Origin: Escherichia phage rV5_ev158
Sequence record: LR694611
Reading direction: 5' to 3' (one strand)
Length of the DNA: 64,000 nucleotides
Numbering within the stretch: position 1 is the stretch's first letter; each line of letters opens with the position of its first letter. This document shows, one piece after another, positions 28,326-37,447 of this stretch. The notes beneath the pieces were generated by a model. It ran no database searches. It had not been told where the DNA came from and saw only the letters and a program-made list of their open reading frames with translations. The position numbers and the translations under genes were made by a program.

Positions 28326-28606
28326 AAATGAGTGCTAAGGACAAATTACACCAGTTAGCGCTAAAACGTCCTGTAACGCTTCCTGACGAGCTTAACTCCA
28401 TTTATGATGCGATTGTAGGGGAGATACAAAATAAAGCGTTAGCAGGCTTTCTGGGGTGCGGATTTTCGATAAATCTACCCTCGCATCTCTCAGATTACTT
28501 CCCGCACATTGTTGGAGATTTAAGGGCAGGAGGTCTGCAGGTAGATGTTGTTGGCATCTCCCCAGAGAAAAATAATACGGTTGCCTACTTGACAGTAACC
28601 TGGTAG
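28322..28606 (+). CDS. hypothetical protein
   Basis: start set at ATG overlapping methyltransferase stop, in frame with ORF 28292..28606. Confidence 0.4.
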   Translation: MKMSAKDKLHQLALKRPVTLPDELNSIYDAIVGEIQNKALAGFLGCGFSINLPSHLSDYFPHIVGDLRAGGLQVDVVGISPEKNNTVAYLTVTW

Positions 28607-28882
28607 TTGTGTATTGTTGTTTTCAACAAGAGGGGGTCATTTATGTACAAGTCATTTTCAATCTACTCAAGACAGGCGAAACACTACACAGAGATCCTGA
28701 TCACTCAGAAAAAATCTGTGGAAGGTGAGTGGGAATATCACCATAAAATGTTGCGTCCAGACTGGGTTTTTGATAGACTTATTGCTATGATCCCTCTCGG
28801 AGAAGTATACCCTCTGACAGCCCATCGCGATGCTTGGGATTTAATTGATTACATAGATTCATTTAAGGAGCCTAGATTATGA
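28607..28882 (+). CDS. hypothetical protein
   Basis: ORF in gene chain. Confidence 0.45.
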   Translation: MCIVVFNKRGSFMYKSFSIYSRQAKHYTEILITQKKSVEGEWEYHHKMLRPDWVFDRLIAMIPLGEVYPLTAHRDAWDLIDYIDSFKEPRL

Positions 28883-29277
28883 AGATTGAGATTACTAAAG
28901 AAGGTAAGAAAGTGTCCGGCAACTATGCAACAGTAATTCGGGATTTAATGTTTGAAGCCACCAAGATCGGTACATCTAAAGTTGGTCAAACTGTTAGTGT
29001 GAAAAGTAATATCGCCACAGGAGAGAAGGTATTCATTGTGGTCAAAGGGCAGGATCCCGTGGAAGGAACAGTGGGCCGAGGTGGCTACCTATGCATTTCT
29101 GAAGAGCCGCGTATGTTAGTGGCTGACGCTACTATGGGTGGGAAACGTGTGTGCGAGGCGGATGAGGTAATGATTATCCAACCTGTTGATCCAGATGACC
29201 CAGCAACTTGGGTGGTAGGAAATGAAATCTTCTCTTTAGAAGAGTTATCCTTCCCAGCACCGCGCTCTGTTCAGTAA
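28879..29277 (+). CDS. hypothetical protein, possible small-paralogue family member (MKIEIT N-terminus)
   Basis: N-terminus resembles 34243, 36392 and 39837 ORFs. Confidence 0.5.
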   Translation: MKIEITKEGKKVSGNYATVIRDLMFEATKIGTSKVGQTVSVKSNIATGEKVFIVVKGQDPVEGTVGRGGYLCISEEPRMLVADATMGGKRVCEADEVMIIQPVDPDDPATWVVGNEIFSLEELSFPAPRSVQ

Positions 29278-29314
29278 TAATTTATCTTACCGGGGACGGT
29301 AGGTAGGAGGTAGC

Positions 29315-29548
29315 ATGAAAGTTAAATTTCTTACAGATTTAGGGTACCCTTCCTTGGTTGACTGTGTTGGTAAAATTGTGGAAGCAAAACGGCTATCTGC
29401 AAACGAGAATGTTGTCCTGGTTAAAGGGAAGGATTTACTAGCTGCAGGTGCAGAGTCTGGCAGGATCTCTCCTGATTATATGTATTACCTATCTTTAAGT
29501 AATCTGCCAGAGCGAGGCGGTAAAGGCCTTGAAGTTGTGGAGGAGTGA
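29315..29548 (+). CDS. small acidic paralogue-family protein
   Basis: MKVKFL...VLVKGKDLLAAGA...LEVVEE shared with 32970 and 33187 ORFs. Confidence 0.5.
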   Translation: MKVKFLTDLGYPSLVDCVGKIVEAKRLSANENVVLVKGKDLLAAGAESGRISPDYMYYLSLSNLPERGGKGLEVVEE

Positions 29549-30078
29549 CAGGTATGCTTCTGATTAACTGGGAAGACCTCTATGGGGACAAAGACCCTGT
29601 TGCGTTTGTTGATCGTAGGTGGAGATACACTGAAGAACAACTGGCGGCAAAAAATTTAACTGCAAAACGCAGAAAGATCATCCAGTGCAAGTACAAATAC
29701 GCACAGTTTGCTGCAAAAGTGTCTCCACAAATCGAGAGCTTTGTGCTTAAATTGTATGACGAGTACCTCAAATTCAAATTGGATTTTGTGCAGGTGTACC
29801 GTGCACAGGTACGACCAGATACCAACATATGTAGATGGAAGGTTGTTTGTGAAGGTAAAGATTTGCCGCTCAGCTTGACAATTGAGTGGCGTTATGGGTA
29901 TCATGAGTGTGGTCTGTATGATATTTGGGATGTCATTGTAGATCCTGCTAAGCATCTGAACACAGAGGAGCTGGAATATATCAATAAGGTTATTCTCGAT
30001 ATGTTTTTCAGCTACACACATGAAAACTCTGAGAAAGAACGGGATAATTTTCTTGACACCCTCAGCGACCATTTGTAG
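29545..30078 (+). CDS. hypothetical protein
   Basis: ORF in gene chain. Confidence 0.5.
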   Translation: MTGMLLINWEDLYGDKDPVAFVDRRWRYTEEQLAAKNLTAKRRKIIQCKYKYAQFAAKVSPQIESFVLKLYDEYLKFKLDFVQVYRAQVRPDTNICRWKVVCEGKDLPLSLTIEWRYGYHECGLYDIWDVIVDPAKHLNTEELEYINKVILDMFFSYTHENSEKERDNFLDTLSDHL

Positions 30079-30108
30079 TATACAATTTAACCTACAAAGG
30101 GAGGACCA

Positions 30109-30336
30109 ATGAGTATAAATGTTGTGCTAATAGGTTACCTGGTAATGTCCGTTATAACAGCGGTATTCTTGACAGGTGTATGCATCGTGTCCAGACGAAG
30201 GGTGAAGTTTGATGATTTTATCACCATCATCACTGCTGCACCTTTTTGGCCTGTTGTTATCTTCATCGTAATAATGTGCCTAGTTGATTACTACAAGAAT
30301 ATCAGGAAGGAGAGTAGGGATGGAGACCGCACCTAA
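30109..30336 (+). CDS. small membrane protein (two hydrophobic helices)
   Basis: VVLIGYLVMSVITAVFLTGVCIV and AAPFWPVVIFIVIMCLV segments. Confidence 0.5.
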   Translation: MSINVVLIGYLVMSVITAVFLTGVCIVSRRRVKFDDFITIITAAPFWPVVIFIVIMCLVDYYKNIRKESRDGDRT

Positions 30337-30472
30337 AACTATCTATACTGTTCTTAAAGATATTGCGTTCTACGCAGATCTTAGCCAGGCACCTTTATGG
30401 GAAAAGAGCATGTATTTAAAATGGTGCGTTAATTTAGGGAGACCTTCCAGTGTTTCAAGCCATGTTTATTGA
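30320..30472 (+). CDS. hypothetical small protein
   Basis: ATG after AGGAAGGAG RBS, in frame with ORF 30284..30472. Confidence 0.35.
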   Translation: METAPKTIYTVLKDIAFYADLSQAPLWEKSMYLKWCVNLGRPSSVSSHVY

Positions 30473-30555
30473 GATGCTATCTGGGATATTGTTACTGGTA
30501 GCCATCTTAGGTGGTGCAGTTCTGATGTATAACTATCTTGAAAAAGGAGACAGCA

Positions 30556-30741
30556 ATGGTAAAAAATAAATCTTTAGAGCAGGCTGAAAACCTTCTCCAC
30601 GAGCTGGTAAAGGAGTGGAAAGTTGAATACTCAGATTTTAATGCACGAGAGGGTGAAGATTATTGGCCTACGGAGCGCTCAGAGGGAGAATGGTATCAAG
30701 ATTTTATAGAGTGGTTATATCAGACGTGCGATGAGGGGTGA
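30556..30741 (+). CDS. hypothetical small protein
   Basis: ATG after AAGGAGA RBS, in frame with ORF 30538..30741. Confidence 0.4.
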   Translation: MVKNKSLEQAENLLHELVKEWKVEYSDFNAREGEDYWPTERSEGEWYQDFIEWLYQTCDEG

Positions 30742-31208
30742 CGATGTTTGTTAAATATGTAAAAACGTGCCTCAACAGTCTTGGCAGAGAGCATTGGTAC
30801 ACCTTGCTTGAAAAAGGGGAAATTTTAACAAAATCTGGAAAGATAACTTTGATACCTCTTGATAGTAAAGGTAAAGACCCGTCACGACTTGTTATAGATG
30901 ATTACGTTACAGGTGTGACGTTCGAGGTCTCTGTGGAGAGGTTAATACGCAGAGCTGGCGGCCCTTATGACCGAAGAGAGTATGTTTTCGATTCCGTTAC
31001 AGAGATGGGGGAGCATCCGTCTTTAATGTTCAGGATGGTAATCAGAGATATGAGGTCATCTATAGATAGGATCGTAAAGGACATTAAGGAACCTTTTAGA
31101 GTAAAAGTTAAGAAGTTTTTCGATTCTAAGATTAACATACTCGCCGTTGCACTAGGTGTAGTTCAACTTCTGTTAATTTTGCACTATTTTGAACTACTAT
31201 TTAAGTAG
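30738..31208 (+). CDS. hypothetical protein with C-terminal hydrophobic segment
   Basis: C-terminal ILAVALGVVQLLLILHYF. Confidence 0.5.
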   Translation: MTMFVKYVKTCLNSLGREHWYTLLEKGEILTKSGKITLIPLDSKGKDPSRLVIDDYVTGVTFEVSVERLIRRAGGPYDRREYVFDSVTEMGEHPSLMFRMVIRDMRSSIDRIVKDIKEPFRVKVKKFFDSKINILAVALGVVQLLLILHYFELLFK

Positions 31209-31270
31209 TAGTTGAGATATGGCACAAAGGATGTGCCATAGTGAAATAAACTAAGAAAGAGGTAGAGAGA

Positions 31271-31618
31271 ATGCCAAAGATTAAAACGTTATTACTGTGG
31301 GTGGCTGTTTTAGCTTTTATAGGGTACTGGACTTGGGAAACTGAATTAAAAGATATCGGATATACCAGTCTTGAGAGCAAGGCGTGCATTGGCATAACCG
31401 ATGCGTTCAGGCAAAATGCTATGGATCACGAATGTGTTGATGCAGATATAGATGAGAAACTGTCTAAGGACAAAGATTTTTACCATGGGCATGCTTTACT
31501 TGATAGTGGTGACACTGTAGAGTTCTGGTCGTGGTTTCGTGAAGATGGAACAATAAAAACAGCAGTAAAGATCTCTAACAAAGAGTTAATGCTGTTGCAG
31601 CAAAAGGAGGCTCAATGA
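31271..31618 (+). CDS. hypothetical protein with N-terminal signal/anchor
   Basis: N-terminal KTLLLWVAVLAFIGYW hydrophobic segment. Confidence 0.5.
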   Translation: MPKIKTLLLWVAVLAFIGYWTWETELKDIGYTSLESKACIGITDAFRQNAMDHECVDADIDEKLSKDKDFYHGHALLDSGDTVEFWSWFREDGTIKTAVKISNKELMLLQQKEAQ

Positions 31619-31902
31619 TCTGGATATCCTATGCTGATGGCACCATGCTGTATACTGCAGGTACCAGATATGAAGTTCAGGAGAACGATAAAAAATTTAT
31701 CGTAAAAACATTTGACAAGGACGACAACCTTTTGCTAGAATTGACTTACAAGGTTGGAGAGGTATCCAATATCCAATTGGATTGTGGTTATAAAGATAAT
31801 CCACTCAAAAAACCTGGAATAGGCAAGGCTTCAGAAGAACGTTTGTCTCGTATTGCAGAAAGCGTTTCTACACAAAAATCTAAGAAGGGGACTAGAAAAT
31901 GA
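31615..31902 (+). CDS. hypothetical protein
   Basis: ORF in gene chain. Confidence 0.45.
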   Translation: MIWISYADGTMLYTAGTRYEVQENDKKFIVKTFDKDDNLLLELTYKVGEVSNIQLDCGYKDNPLKKPGIGKASEERLSRIAESVSTQKSKKGTRK

Positions 31903-32093
31903 AAAACTTACGTTTTAACACTTATTACTACAACACATTGAATGATTTGTACTATATTGTTCGAAGTAAAAGTCCTGAAACAGTCCTATTCTGCCGTGAA
32001 CCTTTCAAAGGGGAGGAAGTAGAGTCTGAGATGAATGTTAGCCAAATCACCTCTTTGTTGCTCTCAGGCGCAATGGAAGAAGCAATATTCTAA
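31899..32093 (+). CDS. hypothetical protein
   Basis: ORF in gene chain. Confidence 0.4.
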   Translation: MKNLRFNTYYYNTLNDLYYIVRSKSPETVLFCREPFKGEEVESEMNVSQITSLLLSGAMEEAIF

Positions 32094-32111
32094 ACCAGGC
32101 GGGAGGGTTTT

Positions 32112-32297
32112 ATGAAGCACTATTGCCTGTCTGGTAGAATGGGTGCAGATTGTGATTGGGTTTTCTTAAAACTTGTCAGCATTCGAGAGTTCATCCCAGA
32201 GGAAGAGCAAGAAAGCGAGCTGATGTCATGGATCAACCATTACGGTAACACTTTTCGGCATGTTAAGGTAGAAGAGTTGCCAAGCGAGGCTGATTGA
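32112..32297 (+). CDS. hypothetical protein
   Basis: ORF in gene chain. Confidence 0.4.
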   Translation: MKHYCLSGRMGADCDWVFLKLVSIREFIPEEEQESELMSWINHYGNTFRHVKVEELPSEAD

Positions 32298-32392
32298 CTA
32301 TGATTGCATCAATATTAACGTTTATGGGTGGCGTGGCATTCGGATTCATTGTTTGCCTGTTTATAGTGATTATGTCTATGCGAGGCTGAATT

Positions 32393-32689
32393 ATGAAACT
32401 TTTTGAGTGGTTTAAAAAGTTTAAATATAAAGCTGTAGCCATCGTGCCGTGGTCCATTCAGTGGGTTGATGAAGGTGGTCTACCGATACCTGGTGACAAA
32501 GATACTGGGTACTGGATTATGATGGAGAACGGGTTTGGAAAGCGAAAGTATACGTGCACAAACTCTACTCGATCTGCACTTAATAGAGTTCCTGGTTACA
32601 AACTTATGGTTGTGTGGAAAATGTCAGGCGTGCCTCCAGCCAATGCTCAATTTCTTACTGACAATCCTACCACGGTAGAGGAAGATTGA
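32393..32689 (+). CDS. hypothetical protein
   Basis: ORF in gene chain. Confidence 0.45.
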   Translation: MKLFEWFKKFKYKAVAIVPWSIQWVDEGGLPIPGDKDTGYWIMMENGFGKRKYTCTNSTRSALNRVPGYKLMVVWKMSGVPPANAQFLTDNPTTVEED

Positions 32690-32973
32690 TAATGAAAAAG
32701 ATTAACAGTAGTGAAGTCGAGTTTAAACTTGTCGGAAAAGGCACTTACTGGGAAGTTCGTCAAAAGGTATATTTGTTCGGTCTTATTCCTTACTGGTCTA
32801 AATTCTACTGGGGAGCTAACGAGTGGGGAAGATACGCCACCAAATCAATGGCACTTATTGGTATAGCAGAGTACATTGCAGCCAGAGATAGGGTTGAAGA
32901 CACTTATTACTATACTGCGGACGATATTCGTAACAGTGTTTACGTCCCACAACCACCTGATGGAGACCGTTGA
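32686..32973 (+). CDS. hypothetical protein
   Basis: ORF in gene chain. Confidence 0.45.
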   Translation: MIMKKINSSEVEFKLVGKGTYWEVRQKVYLFGLIPYWSKFYWGANEWGRYATKSMALIGIAEYIAARDRVEDTYYYTADDIRNSVYVPQPPDGDR

Positions 32974-33197
32974 TGAAAGTTAAAGTTTTAGATTCAAGCT
33001 TCTATATTGGTCAGGAGCCCTTAGTGGGGAAAGTGTTTACTGCTGTCCCTAACGAAGATTACCCCGACCTTTTAAAAATAAAAGGGGCAGATCTTATTGC
33101 CGCTGGTGCATCTCAGGAATGCTTTGACAGTCAGTGGACCTACAACTTTGCCCTAGGTGAGGATGTAGAGATAGTGGAGGACAATCATGAAGGTTAA
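32970..33197 (+). CDS. small acidic paralogue-family protein
   Basis: MMKVKVLDS...KIKGADLIAAGA...VEIVED. Confidence 0.5.
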   Translation: MMKVKVLDSSFYIGQEPLVGKVFTAVPNEDYPDLLKIKGADLIAAGASQECFDSQWTYNFALGEDVEIVEDNHEG

Positions 33198-33441
33198 AAT
33201 TCTTGATTCTAACGTCTACTTGGGACAATCCTTCCTGAAGGGAAAGGTCGTTCCTGCGGTATACTTTGAAGGGTTGCCGTGGGATGATCCTGTTCGGCAA
33301 CATCACAGTTATGTAGGCCACAACGTAGTGTTTATCTTAGGAGCAGACCTGATCACCGCTGGTGCACCTGAATATTATTTCGGGGAAGAGTCCTATTATG
33401 CCTTTGGGGTAGGGTCAGATGCAGATATTGTAGAGCTGTGA
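33187..33441 (+). CDS. small acidic paralogue-family protein
   Basis: MKVKILDS...ILGADLITAGA...ADIVEL. Confidence 0.5.
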   Translation: MKVKILDSNVYLGQSFLKGKVVPAVYFEGLPWDDPVRQHHSYVGHNVVFILGADLITAGAPEYYFGEESYYAFGVGSDADIVEL

Positions 33442-33453
33442 TGGGCAACCGTT

Positions 33454-33852
33454 GTGAAAAATAAACTGTTCAAAGTTACAATGAAAATTCGCGGAGCTTG
33501 GAGCGTAAAGCAAGGGCGTATTCCAGAATTTGAGAAAGACTTCTACGTAGTCTCCACCTCGGAGGAGGCTGCATGCTGGCAAGCTGGCTATGCCTATGCA
33601 AGAACCTGGTACGAAGGATACCAGACTGGGGGCTATGACGGAGAAATTATCAGCAAGGGTGTAGAAGAAATTAATGTGTTGACAAGTGAAAAAGTTTTTG
33701 TTATAGTGCATCCAGATTCCAGAGTGAAGCATTACTGGAATGCCAGAACAAAAACTTGGACACCGTTTGCAGATTCTGCTACACCACTTTTAAACCAGAA
33801 AGCTCTTGACTCTGTCCCGAGCTATGGGGTTGTTGAAGAAAAGCTAAACTGA
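33454..33852 (+). CDS. hypothetical protein, paralogue of the 35659..36054 product
   Basis: shared HPxS..YW....WTP....TPxL segment with the 35659 ORF. Confidence 0.5.
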   Translation: MKNKLFKVTMKIRGAWSVKQGRIPEFEKDFYVVSTSEEAACWQAGYAYARTWYEGYQTGGYDGEIISKGVEEINVLTSEKVFVIVHPDSRVKHYWNARTKTWTPFADSATPLLNQKALDSVPSYGVVEEKLN

Positions 33853-33869
33853 AACAGTGGGGTACTAAC

Positions 33870-34160
33870 ATGATGGATTTAGTTCTGGACACTGATAACA
33901 CCGGAGCGTTTAAAAAGGGTGGTGTAACAAGCGTTGACCAATCCTTCCCTGCCAAGATTGACTCAAAATGGACCTACAAGTTTGATGGAGAGATCTTCGC
34001 AAATGATGAGAAGGTTGTAGATGCTGCAGCCATTTTGAACGCTCTAGGGTACGACCCTGTGAATTCTTTGATCAAGGATCCTGTTGAGTTTGCAGAGTAT
34101 GTTCGAAAAATGGCAGATCTTGCTGTGGATATTTTAAAAACTATCGACAACAATCTGTAA
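33870..34160 (+). CDS. hypothetical protein
   Basis: ORF in gene chain. Confidence 0.45.
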   Translation: MMDLVLDTDNTGAFKKGGVTSVDQSFPAKIDSKWTYKFDGEIFANDEKVVDAAAILNALGYDPVNSLIKDPVEFAEYVRKMADLAVDILKTIDNNL

Positions 34161-34166
34161 AAACTG

Positions 34167-34195
34167 TTGACACAACGCTTCAGATTTAGTATCAT
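34167..34195 (+). promoter_or_regulatory. sigma70-type promoter TTGACA-N17-TATCAT, followed by a short GC hairpin
   Basis: read from sequence. Confidence 0.5.
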
Positions 34196-34242
34196 TGTTT
34201 TCAAAGAGGGTTTGGTTCCCTCTTCTTTAAAAGGAACACGTT

Positions 34243-34560
34243 ATGCAAATTGAAATCACTGGCAACGTAGAAATCACTGAAGGTATGGTGTCTTTCATTT
34301 CCAACAAAATGTCTAAACTGGAGCGTTTGCACCCCTCTGCCAACTATGCACGTGTGAGTGTAAAAGTTGAAAATGATCACCAGGAAGTTATGGCGTTCAT
34401 TTTTGACAATTCTGGAAAAGAAGTTATTGCCAAGGCTAAAGGTAGTGATGCTTACGAGGCAACTGACCGTATGGTAGATGTTGCAGCACGTCAGCTGGCT
34501 AAATGCGGTGGAAAGAAAGGTAAGGGGAAAGGCAAAGTAAAGATTGACTTTGGAGAATGA
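34243..34560 (+). CDS. hypothetical protein (MQIEITG N-terminus, Lys/Gly-rich tail)
   Basis: ORF downstream of promoter. Confidence 0.5.
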   Translation: MQIEITGNVEITEGMVSFISNKMSKLERLHPSANYARVSVKVENDHQEVMAFIFDNSGKEVIAKAKGSDAYEATDRMVDVAARQLAKCGGKKGKGKGKVKIDFGE

Positions 34561-34697
34561 GGTGCTACAACGGGTGTGATTAAGAAATTAGTCCCAAATG
34601 TAGAGATTGCATGCTTTGAAATTATGTTTGCAATCGCAGTTGTAGTTAATGTGTTAGGTTACGGCTATTAATATCAAATAATTGAGGAGACCTCTAA

Positions 34698-34967
34698 ATG
34701 AAAATTAAATTATTCAAAACTGAGCTGGCAGACAAAAACTGTGGACTGGTTGAAGGCATGATTGTTGAAGCACAACCAGTGGACTATATGAAGGTGGTTC
34801 GTGATGCCCTGGGTGAAGGTTTTGATCTGATGGAGCCAGCTCTGCGAGAAGATGTTATCGAGATGGCTAAAAAGCACACACCTGAAGGTTTGGTGGTGTT
34901 TGTTGCACCGGGTAACGGAGAAGAATTGATTGTAACTCCTGATGTGTATGAGATTGTAGAGGAATAA
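34698..34967 (+). CDS. small acidic paralogue-family protein
   Basis: MKIKLF...LVVFVAPGNGEELI...YEIVEE. Confidence 0.5.
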   Translation: MKIKLFKTELADKNCGLVEGMIVEAQPVDYMKVVRDALGEGFDLMEPALREDVIEMAKKHTPEGLVVFVAPGNGEELIVTPDVYEIVEE

Positions 34968-35058
34968 TCCTGCTTGGATTAGCATACTTCCTCGATAAGG
35001 AAGATTTGTAATTATTTGTGGGAAAGGAATCCCAATCTCTTACCAGAGGTGATACTAT

Positions 35059-35322
35059 ATGATTGTTTATTTTAAAACTTCAGGTGGATACCCTGATTCT
35101 CAAAGCTTGATCGGAAAAACGTGCACAGCATACTCACCTCTTGATGAGGAGGTAAGCGATATTCTACGAAATATGTATCGGATTGACCCCCAAGAAGCCT
35201 TTGATCAAAACCTTGTATTTGTCAAGGGCTCAGATATGAAGTCTTTGGGAGCATTCCCTGAAGCAGATGATGATGCCGTTTATTCGTTCATGACTCCTTT
35301 TGAAGCTATGGTTGTTGGGTGA
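35059..35322 (+). CDS. small acidic paralogue-family protein (divergent)
   Basis: LVFVKGSDMKSLGA core. Confidence 0.45.
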   Translation: MIVYFKTSGGYPDSQSLIGKTCTAYSPLDEEVSDILRNMYRIDPQEAFDQNLVFVKGSDMKSLGAFPEADDDAVYSFMTPFEAMVVG

Positions 35323-35326
35323 TAAT

Positions 35327-35659
35327 ATGAAAGTACGCTTTATTGGTGAAACAATTCCTGTGCATCTCCGGTCTCCTGAGGATTCTGCAGATCTTGCATC
35401 TCAAAAGGCGAGAGGTTATGATAAGAAAGTAACCTCAACCGATGTAGTGCTTGAGGCTACCAGTCTACCTGACCCTGCTGCATTCTTTAATCATTATGGG
35501 TACTATTTCAGCAATCTGATGAATATCGGTGAGCTTGTGTTTATTAGTGGTGGAGAGATTGTTAGCAAGCTTGGCGGCGATCCAGATGTCTTTCATGAAA
35601 CCTGTCCTTTTGCATTTGTGGTAGGTTCAGATGTGGAAGTTATTGAGGAGGTGCGGTAA
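35327..35659 (+). CDS. small acidic paralogue-family protein
   Basis: MKVRFIGE...VEVIEEVR; start set at internal ATG, in frame with ORF 35300..35659. Confidence 0.45.
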   Translation: MKVRFIGETIPVHLRSPEDSADLASQKARGYDKKVTSTDVVLEATSLPDPAAFFNHYGYYFSNLMNIGELVFISGGEIVSKLGGDPDVFHETCPFAFVVGSDVEVIEEVR

Positions 35660-36054
35660 TGGTAAGCCTATACCGTGTTGAGTATAGCTCAGATACTGTA
35701 TACAACGTAAGAAGCAAAGATCGCAGCGACAGAGTGCAAGAAATGTATGTTCTTGCCGACAGTCCGTTATCTGCAGCGTTCAAGGCAGGGGCTCTTGCAT
35801 CTCGTTGGAAATTTGAAGGGGGATCTTTCTATGAAGAAACCCTTGAAGATTCTGTTGTTATTTCTTCTGTAGAGGTTTCAGACGACTACGAAGGGAAAAA
35901 GTTCGTAATGCGGCACCCACACAGCAACATTGCGTACTACTGGGATGTTCTGAACAACGAGTGGACCCCAGATCTTCAGAAGGCTACTGTGCTAACACCG
36001 TTTTTGGCAGATAAGTTCCCACCAGAAGGTAATTTATCCGCACTGTTTCAGTAA
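35659..36054 (+). CDS. hypothetical protein, paralogue of the 33454..33852 product
   Basis: RHPHSNIAYYWDVLNNEWTP matches HPDSRVKHYWNARTKTWTP. Confidence 0.5.
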   Translation: MVSLYRVEYSSDTVYNVRSKDRSDRVQEMYVLADSPLSAAFKAGALASRWKFEGGSFYEETLEDSVVISSVEVSDDYEGKKFVMRHPHSNIAYYWDVLNNEWTPDLQKATVLTPFLADKFPPEGNLSALFQ

Positions 36055-36072
36055 TTTTCTTGCACACAGGTG

Positions 36073-36101
36073 TTGACAACGCCAACCCTGTGTGAAATAA
36101 T
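36073..36101 (+). promoter_or_regulatory. sigma70-type promoter with -35 TTGACA embedded in an 8-bp inverted repeat CACACAGG/CCTGTGTG
   Basis: read from sequence. Confidence 0.5.
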
Positions 36102-36130
36102 ACCTTCATCTTAACAAGACAGGAGACCGA

Positions 36131-36391
36131 TTGATGAAGATTAAATTGAAAAACCTTGAAACGGCAGAGATTCAGGACGGTGTTGATTTCCGTTCTAAAG
36201 ATGGTGACATCTTAGATGTAAATATTCCAACCTACGAGCTGATTAAAGGTTTTGGCAACGTTCCGGAAGAGGATATTACAGAAATTCTTATGATGTTGAT
36301 TCTTGACGGAACTGTGTTTGCAGGTGAAGGTGAGAACGCTATTGCAATCCCAGGCCATTTTTATGAAGTAGTTGACGAAGAGGTGCTGTAA
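36131..36391 (+). CDS. small acidic paralogue-family protein
   Basis: MMKIKLK...YEVVDEEVL. Confidence 0.5.
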   Translation: MMKIKLKNLETAEIQDGVDFRSKDGDILDVNIPTYELIKGFGNVPEEDITEILMMLILDGTVFAGEGENAIAIPGHFYEVVDEEVL

Positions 36392-36742
36392 ATGAAAGTA
36401 GAAATTACCGGTTTTGATGTGAATGTGGTTCCGGAAGATATTTTAGCTAAACTTCCAGAAGGTTTTGGTAACGGCGTTGTGGTGGATGCTGTTCCTCCTA
36501 CCAAAGACATTCTGCTGCAGTATGGTGTAGCAGAGGAAGATGTCGATAAAGTTCTTACAATGATGGCAATCGATCGTGTTGTCGTTGTTAAAGGTCTCGA
36601 TAATTTTGAGAGTGATCCCCTGATTATTCGTGGAGATGACTACAAAATCATCGATAATGAAGGCCAAGAGTTCTATGAGCCTTGTGCAGAAGATATTCTT
36701 AACTTATTACTGGAAGCAGGCACCGAAGAGGAGGACGAATAA
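36392..36742 (+). CDS. small acidic protein (MKVEITGF N-terminus)
   Basis: ORF in gene chain, acidic tail. Confidence 0.5.
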   Translation: MKVEITGFDVNVVPEDILAKLPEGFGNGVVVDAVPPTKDILLQYGVAEEDVDKVLTMMAIDRVVVVKGLDNFESDPLIIRGDDYKIIDNEGQEFYEPCAEDILNLLLEAGTEEEDE

Positions 36743-37071
36743 TGAAGATTGACCCGTTACTGAAGGCTCGTGCAGAAAAAGCGTACACCATTAAGTTGAC
36801 CAACCTGGTTCCTACTTGTCATCCGGATGTAGGTTGGCCCGAAGGTTTGGTGGAGGGAACTGTAACAGCTGCATACCTTCCTAACATCAAATACCTTATG
36901 GAAATCTTGGAGCTGGATGAGGAAACTGCAGAACAGTTCCAGTTGGATATGAAACAAAGTGGGACTCTGGTTATTCACGGGTGGTACAATACTAAAGATG
37001 CAGAAGACCCTCTGGTAACTTCTAATCTGGCATATGAAATCTTAGGACCTTTGAACCTGGAGAAAGACTAA
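36742..37071 (+). CDS. small acidic protein
   Basis: ORF in gene chain. Confidence 0.5.
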   Translation: MKIDPLLKARAEKAYTIKLTNLVPTCHPDVGWPEGLVEGTVTAAYLPNIKYLMEILELDEETAEQFQLDMKQSGTLVIHGWYNTKDAEDPLVTSNLAYEILGPLNLEKD

Positions 37072-37358
37072 TGAAAGATCTGGTTAAGATTAAGATTAAA
37101 GATACCAATGGAGAACTCAGTCATTTTGGAATTAATGATGGTGACGAGCTGATCGCACACCTGCCTACCAAGGAAGTTGTAAGCAAAGCAGTTGCCGGAG
37201 AAGAAGATGCAATGCAGGCTGCAGGTGTGGATGAAAACTATGTAGCCATGTGCATGTGCCGAGATCAGGTTGTTCTGTATAAAGCGTATCGACCAAACGG
37301 AGCCACGGAGTGGCTTGTATTCCGACCCGAAGGATATGAAATCTTAGAGGCACTATGA
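37071..37358 (+). CDS. small acidic paralogue-family protein
   Basis: MKDLVKIKIK...YEILEAL. Confidence 0.5.
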   Translation: MKDLVKIKIKDTNGELSHFGINDGDELIAHLPTKEVVSKAVAGEEDAMQAAGVDENYVAMCMCRDQVVLYKAYRPNGATEWLVFRPEGYEILEAL

Positions 37359-37438
37359 TAAATCTTGCCAAGGTTGCAACGGCACTGTTAATTATTTGCT
37401 GGTCAGTAACCTTAACACTGTGTCTTGTATTTCAGTAA
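37355..37438 (+). CDS. small hydrophobic peptide (27 aa)
   Basis: MINLAKVATALLIICWSVTLTLCLVFQ; ATGA overlap with upstream stop; below ORF-track cutoff. Confidence 0.3.
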   Translation: MINLAKVATALLIICWSVTLTLCLVFQ

Positions 37439-37447
37439 GGTGCTTAT

